Source: a bacterium (GTDB taxonomy: Bacteria; JADJOY01). From it: a stretch of 64,000 nt of DNA. The position numbers and the translations under genes are program-made. The stretch spans positions 1-64,000 of the forward strand of contig JAXLQJ010000037.1 in the NCBI GenBank assembly GCA_046331705.1. Reading direction: 5' to 3'. Shown here piece after piece: positions 41,202 through 50,580 of the stretch. Each line of letters opens with the position of its first letter. The first letter of the stretch is position 1. The notes beneath the pieces were generated by a model. That model did no database searches. It worked only from the letters and a program-made list of their open reading frames with translations, and was not told the DNA's origin.

Positions 41202-42120
41202 GCGATTGCGGGAGAGCTTGCGGGCGCGCGCCGAATACCAGCTGATGCGCGCGATGTTCGCGGCGCTGCGCTGCGTGCCGTGGCGGTGGGCCAGTGCGTT
41301 CGGCAGGGTGATCGGCCCCGTGATCGCCGCGCTCGACCCCCGTCACCGCAGCATCGCGCGCAAGAACCTCGAGCTGGCCTTTGGCCCCGAGCTCGCGGCG
41401 ATGGGCGGCGCCGATCGCGTGACGCGCGGGGTCTACGCGCACCTGGTGGCGACGCTCGTCGAGACGGCGCACATGTGCCACACCACGCGCGACACCATCC
41501 GCTCGTTGGCCCGCTACGAGGGGCTCGAGCGTTTCGAGCAGCTGCGCGCCGCGGGGCGCCCCATCGTCATCCTCACCGGTCACGTGGGGAACTTCGATCT
41601 CATGGCGCTGGCGCACAGCGCCCACGGTCATTGCCTGAGCTTCCTCGCCCGCCCGATGGACAACCCGCTGGTCTACGAGCACCTGAACCGCATGCGCACC
41701 CAGTTCGGCAACGTCGTGCTGGACAAGAAAGGCAGCGGCAAGGACGCGTTCCGGGTGCTGCGCAGCGGCGGCGTGCTGGGAATCCTCGGCGATCAGAACG
41801 CGACGCGCGAGGAGGGCGAGTTCGTCGAGTTCTTCGGCATGCCCGCCTGCACCCACGTGAGCATCGCCAAGCTGGCGCTCAAGACTGGCGCAGCGATCGT
41901 GCCGGCCTTCATCTCGCGCGACGGCAACGGCACGCACACGATCCACGTGGGCGAGGTGATCGAGCCGGTGTCGACCGGGCATCCGCGCGAGGACGCGATC
42001 GCCACCACGCAGCGCGTGGCCGCGGTGACGGAGGCGATCATCCGGCGCTTCCCCGAGCAATGGCTGTGGGGGCACCGACGCTGGAAGACACGCCCGGTCG
42101 GCGAAGCGAAGATCTACTGA
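41194..42120 (+). CDS. Lipid A late acyltransferase family protein (LpxL/HtrB-like)
   Basis: ARKNLELAF, GHVGNFD, GDQN, VEFFG and PEQWLWGHRRWK. Confidence 0.88.
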   Translation: MAERLRESLRARAEYQLMRAMFAALRCVPWRWASAFGRVIGPVIAALDPRHRSIARKNLELAFGPELAAMGGADRVTRGVYAHLVATLVETAHMCHTTRDTIRSLARYEGLERFEQLRAAGRPIVILTGHVGNFDLMALAHSAHGHCLSFLARPMDNPLVYEHLNRMRTQFGNVVLDKKGSGKDAFRVLRSGGVLGILGDQNATREEGEFVEFFGMPACTHVSIAKLALKTGAAIVPAFISRDGNGTHTIHVGEVIEPVSTGHPREDAIATTQRVAAVTEAIIRRFPEQWLWGHRRWKTRPVGEAKIY

Positions 42121-42155
42121 GCCGCCGCTGGCGCAGCGCAGCGGGCGAGGCGCCG

Positions 42156-42545
42156 TCAGTTGATGGAGTAGGGCTCGCTCAGCGAGAACGCCGCGATCTC
42201 GGCGTCGAAGCGCTCGTTCTTGGCGCTCACCATCTGATAGGTGCCGCGCATCGAGCCGAAGGGCGTCGAGAGCGGGCACGCGGACGTGTACTCGAAGAAG
42301 TCGCCGGGCTCCAGGATGGGCGTCTCGCCGACGACTCCCGGGCCCTTCACTTCCTCCACGTGGCCGTTGGCGTCGGTGATGATCCAGTGCCTGCTGACGA
42401 GCTGCACCGTCTCCTCGCCTTCGTTGGCGATGCGCACGGTGTAGACGAAGAACCACTCGCCCTGCGACGGCGAGGAGCGCTCCGGGACGTACTGGGAGCG
42501 AACGCTGACGCGCACGCTGCGAGTGGTGGCTTCGGATGTGCCCAT
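42156..42545 (-). CDS. apaG: ApaG protein
   Basis: QLVSRHWIITD, GPGVVGETP, YTSAC and GSMRGTY. Confidence 0.95.
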   Translation of the reverse strand: MGTSEATTRSVRVSVRSQYVPERSSPSQGEWFFVYTVRIANEGEETVQLVSRHWIITDANGHVEEVKGPGVVGETPILEPGDFFEYTSACPLSTPFGSMRGTYQMVSAKNERFDAEIAAFSLSEPYSIN

Positions 42546-42697
42546 GGTGACGTTGCTCGAATTTCGCGGCGGCGAAGGCTAATGGGCGCGCTCGGTGCCG
42601 TCTACGACCCCGTCCACGCTCGACGTCCACGGCGAGCGCGTGGCACACTCCGCGCTCGCGCGACGCGATCGCGCCGAAACGTAGGCGACCACCAGCG

Positions 42698-43576
42698 ATG
42701 CGACGAGCCGAGCAGCGACGCCCCCCCAAGCCCATCCGGCTGAGCGCGTTCCAGGTCGAGCGGATGCGCGAGGTGGGGCGCATCGCGGCCTGGCTGCTCG
42801 ATCGGATCGAGGCGGCGATCGAGCCCGGGCTCACCACCGGCGAGATCGACCGGATGGTCGACGAGGCCACCCGCTCGGTCGGCGCCGAGAGCGCGCCGTT
42901 CGGCTATCGCGGCTTCCCGAAGCACGTGTGCACCTCGGTCAACGAGGTGGTCTGTCACGGCATCCCGCGCGACGATCAGGTGCTCCGTGACGGAGACATC
43001 ATCAACGTCGACGTGACTCCCGTGCTGGATGGCTTCCACGGCGACAGCTCGCGCACGTTCTACGTCGGCACGCCGAGCCCCGCCGCGCGGCGGCTGGTGG
43101 AGACCACGCGCGAATCGTTGTGGCGCGGCATCCGCGCGGTTCGTCCCACCGGCACGCTCGGCGACGTGGGGCACGCCATTCAGAGCTTCGCGGAAGGTCG
43201 CGGCTACTCGGTGGTGCGCGACTTCACCGGGCACGGCATCGGGCGTATCTTCCACACCGCGCCCACCGTGCACCACGTGGGGCGCCCGGGAGGGGGCGAG
43301 CGGCTCCGCCCCGGAATGACCTTCACCATCGAGCCGATGATCAACGCGGGCGATTGGCGGGTGGAGGTGCTCTCCGACGGCTGGACCGCCGTCACCCGCG
43401 ATCGTTCGCTCTCGGCCCAGTTCGAGCACACCGTGCTGGTGACGGATACCGGCGTGGAAGTGCTGACGCTGAGCGAGCGGGAGCGCGCCGAGCTGGCAGC
43501 GGAACCGCAGGCCATCCCGCTCACCTCCGGCGCGGCTTCGACCGCGCGATTGACCCCGACTCCGCCGCAACTCTAA
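42698..43576 (+). CDS. map: Type I methionyl aminopeptidase
   Basis: CTSVNEVVCHGIP, DGFHGDSSRT, GHGIG, FTIEPMIN and SAQFEHT. Confidence 0.95.
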   Translation: MRRAEQRRPPKPIRLSAFQVERMREVGRIAAWLLDRIEAAIEPGLTTGEIDRMVDEATRSVGAESAPFGYRGFPKHVCTSVNEVVCHGIPRDDQVLRDGDIINVDVTPVLDGFHGDSSRTFYVGTPSPAARRLVETTRESLWRGIRAVRPTGTLGDVGHAIQSFAEGRGYSVVRDFTGHGIGRIFHTAPTVHHVGRPGGGERLRPGMTFTIEPMINAGDWRVEVLSDGWTAVTRDRSLSAQFEHTVLVTDTGVEVLTLSERERAELAAEPQAIPLTSGAASTARLTPTPPQL

Positions 43577-43720
43577 GATCCGCTCGCCCCCGTCGCTGAG
43601 GCCCGTGTCGTCGGTGACCGATTCGCTCCCACCCGTCCGCAGCCGCCGCGCTCGGTCCACGAGCACGGGGGTGACGTCGCCGCGGGACGCGAAGCCACGT
43701 CGAATCGACTGAGGCCACTC

Positions 43721-45157
43721 GTGCGCGTCCTTCTGCTCAAGACCCTTCCCGCCACCGCGGGGCCGGACATCGGCCTCGGCTACCTCGCGACGGCGCTGCG
43801 CAGCGCCGGGCACGAGGTCGAGGTCGGCGATCTCGAGTTCGACGACGCGCGCGGCAAGCCGCGGACGGTGGCGCGGCGCGTGCGCGACCTCGCCCCGGAC
43901 TGGGTGGGCGTCAAGGTCTTCGATCACACCGTTGGCCGCGGGCGTAGCTATCTGGCCGAAGCACGCGCCGCGAAGCCGGACATCCACACGGCCGCTGGCG
44001 GACCGCATCCGTCGGGGTTTCGCGCGCGCACCCTCGAGAGTCTGCCGGAAGCCGACTTCGCCATCGCGGGAGAAGCCGAACGGGCCTTCCCGGAGCTGAT
44101 CGCCGCGGTCCGCGACGGCGGCGACCTCGGCGCCATCCCCGGCCTGGTGCGGCGAACGCCCGAGGGAGTGGTCGTCGGCCATCAGGATTTCCCCGAAGAT
44201 CTCGACGCCCTGGGACTGCCCGCGTGGGATCTGCTTCACCCCCGCGAGCACGTCGAGCTGCAGATGCGCGAGCCGTGGCTCGACCGGCCCATCCCGTACG
44301 TGCCGATCATCACCACGCGCGGCTGCCCGTTTCCCTGTACGTTCTGCGCCGCGCCCGTGACCACCGGCAAGAAGCTGCGCCATCACAGCGTGGCGTTCGT
44401 GGTGGACGAGATCGAGCATCTGCGCGACGTGTACGGCATCGAGACCTTCTCGATCGCCGACGACGCCTTCACCAACGATCGCCGCTACGTCGACGCGTTC
44501 TGCGAGGAGATCATCCGGCGCCGGATCCGGGTGCGCTGGGACGCCTCGTCGAACGGCATCCGCGCGGACACCGTGGACGAGAAGCTCGCGCGACTGCTCG
44601 ACGCCGCCGGCTGCGAGAAGGTCGCGTTCGGGATCGAAAGCGGCTCCGAGCGCATCGTCCAGGCGATGGGCAAGCGCTTCGCCCCGGACGACGTCGAGCG
44701 CGCCCTGGGCATCCTGAGGCGCGAGTCGAAGATCCGCACCGAGGGCTTCTTCATCATCGGCTACCCCGACGAGCGCCTGAGCGACGCCTGGCAGACCCTG
44801 AAGCTCTTGTCGCGCATCGACCTCGACACCGCTTGGCTCTTCGGCTTCAGCCCGCACGTCGGCACCAAGGTCTCCGAGATGCTCCACGGCCACGCCACCG
44901 AGTCCATCCCGTGGGGCGATTTCGCCAACGATCGCGTGATGCTCGGCACGCGGCACCTGCCGCGCTGGGTGGTGCGGGTCTACTGGGTGCTCGCGTGGAT
45001 GACGTTCTACCTGCGCCCGTCGCGTGCGGTTCGCTTCATCCAGCACCTCGGCCCGACCGCCGTGCCGCGTGCGCTGATGCGGCTCGCCAACCGCGTCCGG
45101 CTGGTCCTCGTGCCCGCGACTCGCCCGTTGCCGCCGCCTGCTCCAGCCGCCGCGTGA
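43721..45157 (+). CDS. B12-binding domain radical SAM protein
   Basis: GLGYLA, GGPHPS, GEAE, TRGCPFPCTFC, DDAF, GIESGS and IIGYPDE. Confidence 0.92.
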   Translation: MRVLLLKTLPATAGPDIGLGYLATALRSAGHEVEVGDLEFDDARGKPRTVARRVRDLAPDWVGVKVFDHTVGRGRSYLAEARAAKPDIHTAAGGPHPSGFRARTLESLPEADFAIAGEAERAFPELIAAVRDGGDLGAIPGLVRRTPEGVVVGHQDFPEDLDALGLPAWDLLHPREHVELQMREPWLDRPIPYVPIITTRGCPFPCTFCAAPVTTGKKLRHHSVAFVVDEIEHLRDVYGIETFSIADDAFTNDRRYVDAFCEEIIRRRIRVRWDASSNGIRADTVDEKLARLLDAAGCEKVAFGIESGSERIVQAMGKRFAPDDVERALGILRRESKIRTEGFFIIGYPDERLSDAWQTLKLLSRIDLDTAWLFGFSPHVGTKVSEMLHGHATESIPWGDFANDRVMLGTRHLPRWVVRVYWVLAWMTFYLRPSRAVRFIQHLGPTAVPRALMRLANRVRLVLVPATRPLPPPAPAAA

Positions 45158-45930
45158 TCCCGGCGGTGAAGCCGTTCCCGCGCGGGTTCGATTTCCAGGA
45201 ATGGCTCGTCGCGCGAAGCGACGCGTCCCAGCACGCCGGCCAGGCCGGCGCCACCCGACGCCTGGCCGCCGCGCTGGCGCTGCCGCCGGGAGCGCGCGTG
45301 CTCGACGTGGGTTGCGGCTCGGCGAAGAGCACCGCCTGGCTCGCGCGCACGTTCGCGGTCCGCGCCGTGGGGCTCGATCGCTCGCCCCACAGCCTGGCCC
45401 GCGCCCGCTGGCGCATCGGCCGCGGCGTCGCGAGCACGCCCCCCACGCTGGTGCGGGGCGACGCCCTGGCGTTGCCGTTCGCCACGGGATGCTTCGACGG
45501 GATCGTGGTCGAAGCGGTGGCGTACGCGGCCCCGCTCGATCGGCTCTTGCCCGAGCTCAGGCGCGTGCTCGCGCCAGGCGGACGACTCGGCATCGTCGAC
45601 ATCGCGCGGAGACCGGGCGCCGCGCCGCCCCACGAGCGCTTCCAGACCCTGCTCGGCGAGCGGACCTTCAATCTGCTCACGGCGGCCGAATGGGCGGGCG
45701 AGGTGAGGGCGGCGGGCTTTCGCGTCGATCACGTCGAAGCGTTCCCGATCCGTCAGGAGCTGGGGACGATCCGCTCCGAGCTCGGAGATTGGCTGCGCTC
45801 GTTGCCGCGCCAGCTCGCGTGGCTCGCGACGAGCCGCGACGCCCGCCGTCTCTTCTTCGCGAACTACCGCGTCGGGCTCGATCGGGGAGTGGAAGGGTGC
45901 CTGCTGGCGGCCACCCATCCCCGGGCATGA
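45154..45930 (+). CDS. Class I SAM-dependent methyltransferase
   Basis: VLDVGCGSA, GDALALPF and RVLAPGG; 4-bp overlaps on both sides. Confidence 0.85.
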   Translation: MIPAVKPFPRGFDFQEWLVARSDASQHAGQAGATRRLAAALALPPGARVLDVGCGSAKSTAWLARTFAVRAVGLDRSPHSLARARWRIGRGVASTPPTLVRGDALALPFATGCFDGIVVEAVAYAAPLDRLLPELRRVLAPGGRLGIVDIARRPGAAPPHERFQTLLGERTFNLLTAAEWAGEVRAAGFRVDHVEAFPIRQELGTIRSELGDWLRSLPRQLAWLATSRDARRLFFANYRVGLDRGVEGCLLAATHPRA

Positions 45931-47549
45931 GCCCGAGCGCAGGCGTCGCTGCCGCGGCGAGCCGCCCCGATCGAGGGCGCTTTCGCCGCTGGCTCGGCGC
46001 CACCGCGTTCGGCGCGCTGGTCTGGTTTCCGGGCGCGCTCGTGGCCCTGCCGCTGGTCGGCGTCCTGTGGCTCTGGGAGGTCCGGCTGCGCGAACGCCGC
46101 GGTTGGCCGGGCCACCTCGTCACGGCGGCGTGGTGCGCGATCGCGGGCGCCAACACGTTCACGCTGGGACGCCTCGGGCCGTTTCTCGCGCCCTCGGATT
46201 GGTGGCTCGCGGGTGCGGCGGCGGTGCTGGCGCTCGCGGTCTCGATGTGGCCAGCGACGCGACGGAGGCGCGGGTTCTGGCTCTCGCTCTGCCTCGCGGT
46301 GCCGCTGGCGCTGGCGCCGCCGATGCCGCCCGGGATCACGACCCGGCTCGCGATCTTCGCCGGTGCTGCCACCGGCTTCGCGCTCTTTCAGCTCGTGGTG
46401 GGCAACGACCTCGGCCGCCGGATGGCGCCACCGGCGTGGGCGCTCGCCGTGCTGGTTCCCTCGGTGGCGTTGCGCGCCTTGTTGTTCTGGCTCCTGCCCA
46501 CCGCCGATGCCCGACCCATCCTGGCGGGCTTGCCCGGTGCGCAACTGGTGATGCCGTCGTGGCCGGATCCGCGCCTGGGCGACCGCTACGGCATGCCGAT
46601 CAACTGGCACGATCTACGCGTCGCGATGGGCGGTTGCGAGCCCGGCAGCCGCATCGTCGGTACCCTCGACGCCCTCTACTTCCGCGCCCCTGGCGCGAGC
46701 GCCTGGAGCGAGGTGCGCTTTCCGCCGGGCGATCAGCTCGCGCTCGATTGCCAGCGCGGCAAGCTCTGGGTTCCCGAGATGGTGAAAGAGAAGCTGTGGG
46801 CGGTCGACCTGCGCACGCTCGCCGTGGAGAAGCCCTTCGAGCACTGCGATTTCGCCGGTCCCACGGTGGTGAGCTTCGATCTGGAGCGACGAGAGCTCTT
46901 CGGCGACCCGGGCGGCGAGCACCTCGCCGCGTACGATCCCGACGGCTTCGGCTGTCGGCGCGTGCTGCAAGGCGGCACGATCATGGGCTTCAGCGTGTCG
47001 CAGACGCGCGGCGAGGTGCTGCTGGTGCGCAACGGGCGGCTCGAGCGCTGCGCGCTCGATGGGTCGGGGAATTGCGACGTGTGGCTGCGGCTTTACGACG
47101 AGCGGCTGCCGCGCTGGTTACAGAGCGACGCGCTCAACAAGGCAACACTCGTCAATCACTTCAATAAAGTGATAGAAGATCCTGAGAATTCAGTTGTTTT
47201 TGCCACGAGCCTCCAGTCGGGGCGGGTGTATCGCGTGGATCGAGCGACGGGACGACTGACGGGCTCGGCGTTCCTCGAACCCGGGATTCGCTGGGTGCAG
47301 CTGGATCGGCAGCGCCGCCGACTCTTCGTCGGCGGTTTCGTCCGCGGGAACCTCTACGTTCTCGACCCGGAGACCCTCGGGATCCAGGTACGGGTATTCG
47401 TCGGCCGGAAGATCCGCTACTTCGAGCCGCTGCCGGATGGCCGGCTGGTGCTCGCGACCTCGGCGGGCATCCTCGAGCTCGATCCGGCAGAGCTGCCGCC
47501 CTACACGGCGTCGAGCCAACGAGGACCGCAACCGGCGAACACGAAGTGA
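45927..47549 (+). CDS. Multi-TM membrane protein with C-terminal beta-propeller (YncE-like)
   Basis: About 6 N-terminal TMs, then repeated propeller-like blades (GRVYRVD, RRLFV, GNLYVLD). Confidence 0.7.
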   Translation: MSPSAGVAAAASRPDRGRFRRWLGATAFGALVWFPGALVALPLVGVLWLWEVRLRERRGWPGHLVTAAWCAIAGANTFTLGRLGPFLAPSDWWLAGAAAVLALAVSMWPATRRRRGFWLSLCLAVPLALAPPMPPGITTRLAIFAGAATGFALFQLVVGNDLGRRMAPPAWALAVLVPSVALRALLFWLLPTADARPILAGLPGAQLVMPSWPDPRLGDRYGMPINWHDLRVAMGGCEPGSRIVGTLDALYFRAPGASAWSEVRFPPGDQLALDCQRGKLWVPEMVKEKLWAVDLRTLAVEKPFEHCDFAGPTVVSFDLERRELFGDPGGEHLAAYDPDGFGCRRVLQGGTIMGFSVSQTRGEVLLVRNGRLERCALDGSGNCDVWLRLYDERLPRWLQSDALNKATLVNHFNKVIEDPENSVVFATSLQSGRVYRVDRATGRLTGSAFLEPGIRWVQLDRQRRRLFVGGFVRGNLYVLDPETLGIQVRVFVGRKIRYFEPLPDGRLVLATSAGILELDPAELPPYTASSQRGPQPANTK

Positions 47550-47562
47550 TGCGCGCGGGACA

Positions 47563-49056
47563 TCAATCGAAGTTGAAGGAAAAGCGTTGCAAGACCGCGA
47601 GCAAGGACCACGAACGGCGCGCGGCGCGTGGCGCCGGCAGCGGGCGCGGCGTGTAGCGGATCAGATCCAGGACGTTGCGCGCGCCGAGCCCGGCGAAGCT
47701 CGAGCCATAGAGCACGAATGCCGCCAGATAGACCCGATAATAAAGCGGATTCGGCGGGAGGCGAACGAGCAGCTTCACGACCGGCAGCAGCCACGGGAAC
47801 GTCACCACGATGCTGAAGAACTTGTGGAGGTTTTCGAGCCGCGCGCCGTCGGGATGATCGAGAACCGTTTTCTGGAAGTAATCCTCGAAGTAGTCGTCGC
47901 TCGAGTGGTCGTCGGCGAGCATTCCGGCGTTCACGGACTGCTCGAAGAGCCGCGTGCGCGGGAACGGCGTCGCGATCGAGCAGCGTGCGAACTGCGGCTT
48001 GAGGCGGATGTTGAAATCGAGGGTCGCGAGGGCGCCGTCGAGATCCTCGCCAGGCAAACCGATCATGTTGAGCGTCTTGACGTAGATCCCGCGCTCCTTG
48101 AGCAGCTGCACGGCCTGGATCACCTGATCGTCGTCGATCTCCTTGCGCAGCAGGCTGTTCCGGAGGAACGGGTTCGCGGTCTCGAACGAGATCGTGACCG
48201 AGGCGCAACGAGCTCGTGCGAGCGCGTCGGCCGTCTCGCGATCGATGGTCTCGGGTCGGCACTGAAGGACGAACGGCAGGTCGACCTGGCGGGCGTAGGC
48301 CTCCAGGAAGCGGAACGTCCAGTCGCGCTGGATCGTGAGGTGGTCGTCGCGCTCCAGGTTCAGGATCTCGAGCGGATAGCGCGCCCCGAGCTCGCGGATC
48401 TCGGCGACGATGTTCTCGGGGCTGCGCTTCCGGACCCATTTTCCCTTGCCCGAATAGAGCGCCATGTCCAGGTGGTTGTGGCAGAACGTGCACTGGAAGC
48501 TGCAGCCGCGGCCCGTGAGGAGCGGCTTGGAGCGGAGGCGACGCAAGTACGGATAGCGGTAGTAGAGGTCCCAGTCAGGGAAGGGGATCGAATCGAGATC
48601 CTGGGTGAGGGGGCGGACCTCGTTTCGGTGGATCGCGCCCTCTTCCTTGACCCAGAAATTCGCGATGTTCCGTGGGCTCGTCCCGCTCGCCAGCGCCGCG
48701 AGCAGCTCGTCCATCGCCTCCTCGCCCTCGCCGCGACAGACCAGATCCACGGGATCTTTCTCGATCACCTCCGGCGAGTACGTCGCGTGCGGACCGCCGA
48801 AGAGGATCCGAGTCTCCGTTCGCGCCTTGATCCGCGCCGCCACCTCGAGGGCCCAGCGGTGCATCCCGGTGGTCACCGAGAACGCCACCAGGTCGGGGCG
48901 TGCCGCGACGACGCGATCGACGAAGGCCGCGCCCTCGGCGCCCTCCAGGAAGAGCTGCGAATGGTGGCCGGCCCGCCGAACGACCGCCGAGATGTACATG
49001 AGTCCGAGCTTCTCCATCGCGAGACGCTCGAGGAACACGACGTTGAGCTTGCGCAT
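47563..49056 (-). CDS. B12-binding domain radical SAM protein
   Basis: LGLMYISA, GGPHAT, GEGE, GRGCSFQCTFC and MIGLPGE. Confidence 0.92.
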   Translation of the reverse strand: MRKLNVVFLERLAMEKLGLMYISAVVRRAGHHSQLFLEGAEGAAFVDRVVAARPDLVAFSVTTGMHRWALEVAARIKARTETRILFGGPHATYSPEVIEKDPVDLVCRGEGEEAMDELLAALASGTSPRNIANFWVKEEGAIHRNEVRPLTQDLDSIPFPDWDLYYRYPYLRRLRSKPLLTGRGCSFQCTFCHNHLDMALYSGKGKWVRKRSPENIVAEIRELGARYPLEILNLERDDHLTIQRDWTFRFLEAYARQVDLPFVLQCRPETIDRETADALARARCASVTISFETANPFLRNSLLRKEIDDDQVIQAVQLLKERGIYVKTLNMIGLPGEDLDGALATLDFNIRLKPQFARCSIATPFPRTRLFEQSVNAGMLADDHSSDDYFEDYFQKTVLDHPDGARLENLHKFFSIVVTFPWLLPVVKLLVRLPPNPLYYRVYLAAFVLYGSSFAGLGARNVLDLIRYTPRPLPAPRAARRSWSLLAVLQRFSFNFD

Positions 49057-49144
49057 GGTGGCTGGGCGGGGGGCGGAAGCGGCTGGCAGGCGCGTCGCGA
49101 CGCGCGGGACGTCGCGCGACGCTAACACGGCCACTCGCGCGACC

Positions 49145-49164
49145 CCAACGCGCTGGCGCGACAC
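49145..49164 (+). repeat. Left target-site direct repeat CCAACGCGCTGGCGCGACAC
   Basis: 19/20 identical to 50422-50441. Confidence 0.85.
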
Positions 49165-49262
49165 TGTAGGGAGCACATGATCTGTCCGCTCCGAAGAACA
49201 AGTGAAGTGTCCGCTTTCGGCGTTCGGGAGGTAGAGGGCGGTCCCCAAGGGGGATGCTGCCG

Positions 49263-50330
49263 ATGCTCTACGGTCCGACCGCGCTGGAGCGGGCGATGCG
49301 GATTCGTGAGGTGATGCTTCAGCGATGAGCGGGGAGATCATGGATCCAGGGAGCGACATCCGGGCATGGATCCACGGTCTGCGTCGGTGGAAGGCGCGCT
49401 TCGAAGCCACGGTCGACCGCTCGCCGTCGCCGAGGTCGGCCCTCGGGCCGCCCCACCCGCGGCGGAGCTCGAGCGCGTGCTGCGTTACCGCGACACCTAC
49501 ACCGGCTTCAACGTCCGCCCTTTCCAGATCGCGCAGCGAGCATGCGGTGACGCTTTCGTACCGACGGTGAAGACGGCGCTGCAGGCGGCCGGCCTGGTAC
49601 GCCGACGGCGGTCGCGAGCGGCACCGTCGTCGCCGCGAGCCGAAGGCCTGCCGGGGCAGATGCTGCACCTCGCGGAGCCCCCACGCATGCGGCGTGTGCC
49701 CCGACGAGAAGCAGACCCTGATCGCCCTGGTCGACGATGCCACCAGCGAGCTGCTCTACGGTCGGATCGAGAAGCGAGAGCACGGACACGTCATGGCGGG
49801 GTTAAAGGCGGGTTTGAGCAAGAGGGTCTGCCGATCGCTCTATACGGATCGCGCGAGCTGGGGCGATCACGCGTCGTGCCGGCAGGCGCCCGATCCGACG
49901 ATCGGACGGGTCGCCGCGCGTTGGATCGTTGGGGACGAGCACATCCGGGCGCGCTCTCCCCAGGCGCGAGGCCGAGTGAACAGGCGAACCGGACGTTGCA
50001 GGACCGCCTGGTCAACGAGCTACGGGTGGCCGGGATCCGCACGTGTCGACGCCAACCGCTACCTCGGGCGGTTTCGTCCGGTCAACCGATTGTTTGCTCG
50101 CCCGGCTCGGGACCCGCGTCGGCCTTCGTGGGGCTGGGGCGTGGCTGGATCAGGTCTGTCACGAAACGAACGGGTCGTGGGCAAGGACAACACCGTGGTC
50201 CTGGAGAAGGTGCGGCTGCAGATCGCCAAGCAGCGCGGGCGTCGCAGCTGCGAAGGGATGCGGTCCTCGTGCGGCGGCGGACGCCGTCCACGTGTGGCAG
50301 CCGAGCAATGCCTCGGACGGTTCACGTGAC
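49263..50330 (+). pseudogene. Transposase pseudogene (DDE/integrase-like)
   Basis: Fragments in shifting frames: ERAMRIREVM, ELERVLRYRDTYTGFNVR, GQMLHL, LIALVDDATS, YTDRAS, SPQARGR, RTLQDRLVNELRVAGI and ERVVGKDNTV. Confidence 0.85.
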
Positions 50331-50351
50331 GGAACCCTCTCCCTGCTCGCG

Positions 50352-50375
50352 CACCGACCCCCTCGGGGGTCGGTG
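50352..50375. terminator. Perfect hairpin near the IS right end
   Basis: CACCGACCCCC-TC-GGGGGTCGGTG. Confidence 0.5.
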
Positions 50376-50421
50376 AGCCTGAGATCGACCGGACAGATCC
50401 GCCAAAACCACCGGACCTCTG

Positions 50422-50441
50422 CCAACGCGCTGGCGCGACGC
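50422..50441 (+). repeat. Right target-site direct repeat CCAACGCGCTGGCGCGACGC
   Basis: 19/20 identical to 49145-49164. Confidence 0.85.
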
Positions 50442-50552
50442 GCCGTTCCGCCGAGGACGCGGGCGGCGACGCACTCGGCCGGGCGGCGCCGCCGTGCGAC
50501 CTGGGGCAGCGCGGAGAGCACCCGGTCGGCCGGCGGGGTCGCAACGTCCGCT

Positions 50553-50580
50553 AGTTTACATAATATATATTATCGGACGT
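50553..50580 (-). other. dif: XerCD dif chromosome dimer resolution site
   Basis: Minus strand ACGTCCGATAA-TATATA-TTATGTAAACT, the 11-6-11 architecture of dif; intergenic AT island; KOPS-like polarity flips here. Confidence 0.9.

Larger units (their letters stand above)
49165..50424 (+). mobile_element. Degenerate IS1202-family (ISNCY) insertion sequence
   Basis: Starts with TGT; subterminal GATCTGTCCG (49179-49188) and GAAGTGTCCG versus CGGACAGATC (50390-50399); flanked by a long direct repeat. Confidence 0.8.

Noticed and set aside
45927..47549. AT-rich patch as a diversity-generating retroelement variable region
   Set aside because: No template repeat or reverse transcriptase in the window, and the patch is not C-terminal
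49057..49743. N-terminal extension of the second radical SAM ORF
   Set aside because: Runs through the IS relic; the true start is MRKLNVVFL at 49056
50424..50553. IS as a member of the dif-abutting IS1202 subgroup
   Set aside because: That subgroup has short direct repeats and directly abuts the site; here the repeat is long and the gap exceeds 100 bp
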